NCBI GenBank assembly: GCA_963842885.1
Contig: CAWJIE010000004.1
Coordinates: forward strand, 128,001 to 192,000
Direction of reading: 5' to 3'
Source of the DNA: an uncultured Nitrososphaerota archaeon
GTDB taxonomy: Archaea > Thermoproteota > Nitrososphaeria > Conexivisphaerales > DTJL01
DNA: 64,000 nt
This document shows, piece by piece, positions 61,686 to 64,000 of the stretch (positions are counted from its first letter, which is position 1; each line of letters starts with the position of its first letter). The translations under genes and the position numbers were made by a program. A model generated the notes under the pieces. It worked only from the letters and a program-made list of their open reading frames with translations, was not told the origin of the DNA and made no database searches.

Positions 61686-62003
61686 TCACCTGTACCTGAT
61701 TCTGAGGACGTAGGATCGCCCGGTGGTCTCGGGATGGATGAATTCGCTCACGTCGTCCAACTCCGCCAAAAGACGGTCGAGCTTTCTGAAGAACCCGGCC
61801 CTCGGGAACTGGAAGTCCTCCACGCGGTGTCTTGGGAGGCCTCTCACCGCGGCTGTGATGTCCCAGACCTCGCTGGCGGGGAAGGCCGACGCATGAACCA
61901 AATGAAGGTCGGAATTGGCAGTGAGAGGACGGGCTTTTAGGTTTGATGGGCTTTCGCGCTCGGACGATGGGGCATCGGTCAAAGCTGAGCCCAGCAAGGC
62001 CAT
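61686..62003 (-). CDS. Small hypothetical protein (true start probably ~61900)
   Basis: ORF with host-like codons filling the gap before tRNA-Val; no motif. Confidence 0.35.
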   Translation of the reverse strand: MALLGSALTDAPSSERESPSNLKARPLTANSDLHLVHASAFPASEVWDITAAVRGLPRHRVEDFQFPRAGFFRKLDRLLAELDDVSEFIHPETTGRSYVLRIRYR

Positions 62004-62044
62004 CGGAAAAGTTCTTACACCCGACAGCTGGGACCAATTCTGCT

Positions 62045-62123
62045 GGGCCGGTCGTCTAGTTCGGTCTTGGACATCTGCCTTACACGCAGAAGATCACAGG
62101 TTCGAATCCTGTTCGGCCCACCA
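62045..62123 (+). tRNA. tRNA-Val(TAC), no intron, CCA encoded
   Basis: GGGCCGG/TCGGCCC, TCTGC-CT-TAC-AC-GCAGA, ACAGG-TTCGAAT-CCTGT. Confidence 0.96.
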
Positions 62124-62318
62124 ATCAATTCCACTAGGCTCCAGTCGGAGAAACAAATGATCTTCTGACGCCTGCTAGGCCTTGGCCGCCGCAGTGGCCA
62201 CCCTCGTGATAGGATTCGTCGCGAGGACGTTCTTGGGCATAGCGGTCTAGCGGCCTTGAGTAGGGTGACAGGCGCACTTCGCTAGAGTGAAGAGGCACAC
62301 GCCACACGATGGACTGGG

Positions 62319-62846
62319 CTAGAACAGCTCTTCCGGCGCGCCTTGCACCTGGCAGACGTATCGGGCCAGGACGAAGAGCAGGCTGGAGAGCCTGTTCATG
62401 AAGGCGATTTCGTAGCCCGCCGGCTTCCTCCCAATCTTCATCTTCACAACTCGCCTCTCAGCCCTCCGACAGACGGTTCGCGACACATGGAGGACGGCAC
62501 CAAGATGTGACCCTCCGGGCAGGATGAACCTCCTCAGCGTGGGCAGCTTGGAGTCGTAGTCCAGAGAGGCCTTCTCCAACCAAGCTACGTCTGCCGACGT
62601 CACCTCATAGCCTTTGATTGAGAGGAGTGCGGCGTTGTAGCGGAAAAGGGTGAGCTGGATGGCCCTGAGGGTGGCTGAGACATCCTCCATCTCCTTGGAC
62701 AGGGCCCGGGCGAGGCCTATGTATGCCACCAGCTCGTCCACCGTCCCGATAGCCTCCATCTGATCTGAATCCTTCCTGACCCTTGATCTGGCGGTCGCCG
62801 TCAGTCCGCCGTCGCCAGTCCCTGTGAAAGGCTTTGCCCTAGCCAA
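62319..62846 (-). CDS. PduO-type ATP:cob(I)alamin adenosyltransferase
   Basis: TGTGDGG.T, GTVDEL, FILPGG, RTVCRRAER, NRLS..LF..AR. Confidence 0.95.
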   Translation of the reverse strand: MARAKPFTGTGDGGLTATARSRVRKDSDQMEAIGTVDELVAYIGLARALSKEMEDVSATLRAIQLTLFRYNAALLSIKGYEVTSADVAWLEKASLDYDSKLPTLRRFILPGGSHLGAVLHVSRTVCRRAERRVVKMKIGRKPAGYEIAFMNRLSSLLFVLARYVCQVQGAPEELF

Positions 62847-63002
62847 AACTCCTTGCTCCGTCTTGGTGGTGGGCAGAGGGCCGTATGAAGTTTACTTGAG
62901 ACATGCAGTGACCGCGCGCAAGCAGTATCATGAGCGTGGTGGAGGGAAGTCTTATATGCGTCGTAGAATTGCTTCCGAATTCGCCTGCTTGGGTGTGGCG
63001 AT

Positions 63003-64000
63003 TTGGTTCAAGAGCCAGATTACGACGTCATCATCGCGGGAGGCGGCATGTCCGGCCTGCTCACTGCGGCTGCCTTAGGGGTCTACTCGAAGCAGAAGGC
63101 CCGAATCCTAGTTGTTGACAGGAACTCGCCCTCCGAGCCAGGGAAGAAGACGGTGAACGGGTGGACCTGCGGCGACGCCACATCGAAGAACAGCTTGGAG
63201 TACTTGAACAAGAACTTGGGCATTAGCTACCTCCCACCAGAGCTCGAGCACCCGGTGGACGGGGTCCTGCTCTTTTCCCCCGATCATCAGACCAAGGTCC
63301 TGTTCGAAGGAGAGGGGTTCATGCTCAGCAGGAAGTTGCTCGCCAGGCGCCAAGTCGAAGATGCCAAGAAGCTTGGCGTCGAGTTCGCCTTCGGGGTTAA
63401 CCTAGACGCACTCGTCGCTTACGATGGTTGGATTAGGGGCGTCGCCGGCAGGAATCAAGACGGTTCGAACTTCAAGAAGACGGCGAAGGTCGTGGTGGAC
63501 TCCGCTGGCTCCGCCACGAAGCTCAGGCGAAGCATACCCGTCGATTGCAAGATTGAGAAGGAGCTAGACAGAGACGACTTGGAGAGCACGGGCAGGTACA
63601 TCTTCGACTTCGAGAGGGGGGTGGAGGACAAGACCTGGTTCGACCCAAAGTACGCCATCATCCATTTCGATCAGTATCTTAGCCCTGGAGGATACTGTTG
63701 GACGTTTCCTCGAGGGGAGACCAGGGTGAACATTGGCCTCGGGGTACAGAAGTCAGCGCTGGACGCCAGGAACAAGGAATATGGCAAGAGCGACACCCTT
63801 CAGGACCTCATCGATCAGTACGTCATGACGAACAGGGCCATCAAGAACCCGGTGGTGTCGAAGGAGGAAAGGGACCTCGGCAACAACAAGGGGAGCTGGC
63901 AAGTGCCCGTCAGGAGGCACAACGACTGCCTGGTGGCGAACGGCTACGCCTTGGTGGGCGACGCTGCTTGGATGCCCAGACCGATAGATGCGGGGGGGAT
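63003..64000 (+). CDS. Geranylgeranyl reductase-family flavoprotein (runs off window end)
   Basis: YDVIIAGGGMSG, CGDA, APGGY.WTFP, VNIGLG, LVGDAA; absent from the ORF track because there is no stop in the window. Confidence 0.92.
   Translation, partial: MVQEPDYDVIIAGGGMSGLLTAAALGVYSKQKARILVVDRNSPSEPGKKTVNGWTCGDATSKNSLEYLNKNLGISYLPPELEHPVDGVLLFSPDHQTKVLFEGEGFMLSRKLLARRQVEDAKKLGVEFAFGVNLDALVAYDGWIRGVAGRNQDGSNFKKTAKVVVDSAGSATKLRRSIPVDCKIEKELDRDDLESTGRYIFDFERGVEDKTWFDPKYAIIHFDQYLSPGGYCWTFPRGETRVNIGLGVQKSALDARNKEYGKSDTLQDLIDQYVMTNRAIKNPVVSKEERDLGNNKGSWQVPVRRHNDCLVANGYALVGDAAWMPRPIDAGG

Noticed and set aside
1-64000. CRISPR array, rRNA, integrase or transposase genes
   Set aside because: No regularly spaced repeats, rRNA-like sequence or recombinase motifs were seen

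Overview
GC-rich archaeal chromosomal segment, most consistent with a non-ammonia-oxidising Nitrososphaerota/TACK lineage (fused Rpo1, PriL with a PriX-like C-terminus, Dph5-DUF357 fusion, CdvB/ESCRT-III, BHB-intron tRNAs). Most of it is core genome: rpoH-rpoB-rpo1-L30e-nusA-S12-S7-EF1a, leuS, alaS, priL, pth2, truD, dph5 and five tRNAs. It also carries metabolic genes (ppdK, F420/LLM oxidoreductase, gnd, malic enzyme, adenine deaminase) and a group 3b [NiFe]-hydrogenase with hypACDEF and an Mrp ATPase. Two regions stand out. (1) A lower-GC 5.4-kb island (4087-9495) is bounded by 41-bp direct repeats, has no integrase, and contains nested recombinase-like sites (two 11-6-11 sites with identical spacer, one dif-like palindrome). 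Its cargo is catalase, PLD-like and Mrr-like nucleases and three unannotated 27-49 aa lysine-rich peptides. It splits what looks like an F420-G6PDH/cyclase/gnd oxidative pentose-phosphate cluster. (2) A ~165-nt highly structured leader with an anti-Shine-Dalgarno switch lies upstream of a QueT-family gene and is a riboswitch candidate. About a dozen single-base frameshifts, several in essential genes, are most likely assembly errors. All calls come from reading the sequence by eye; no database searches were run.
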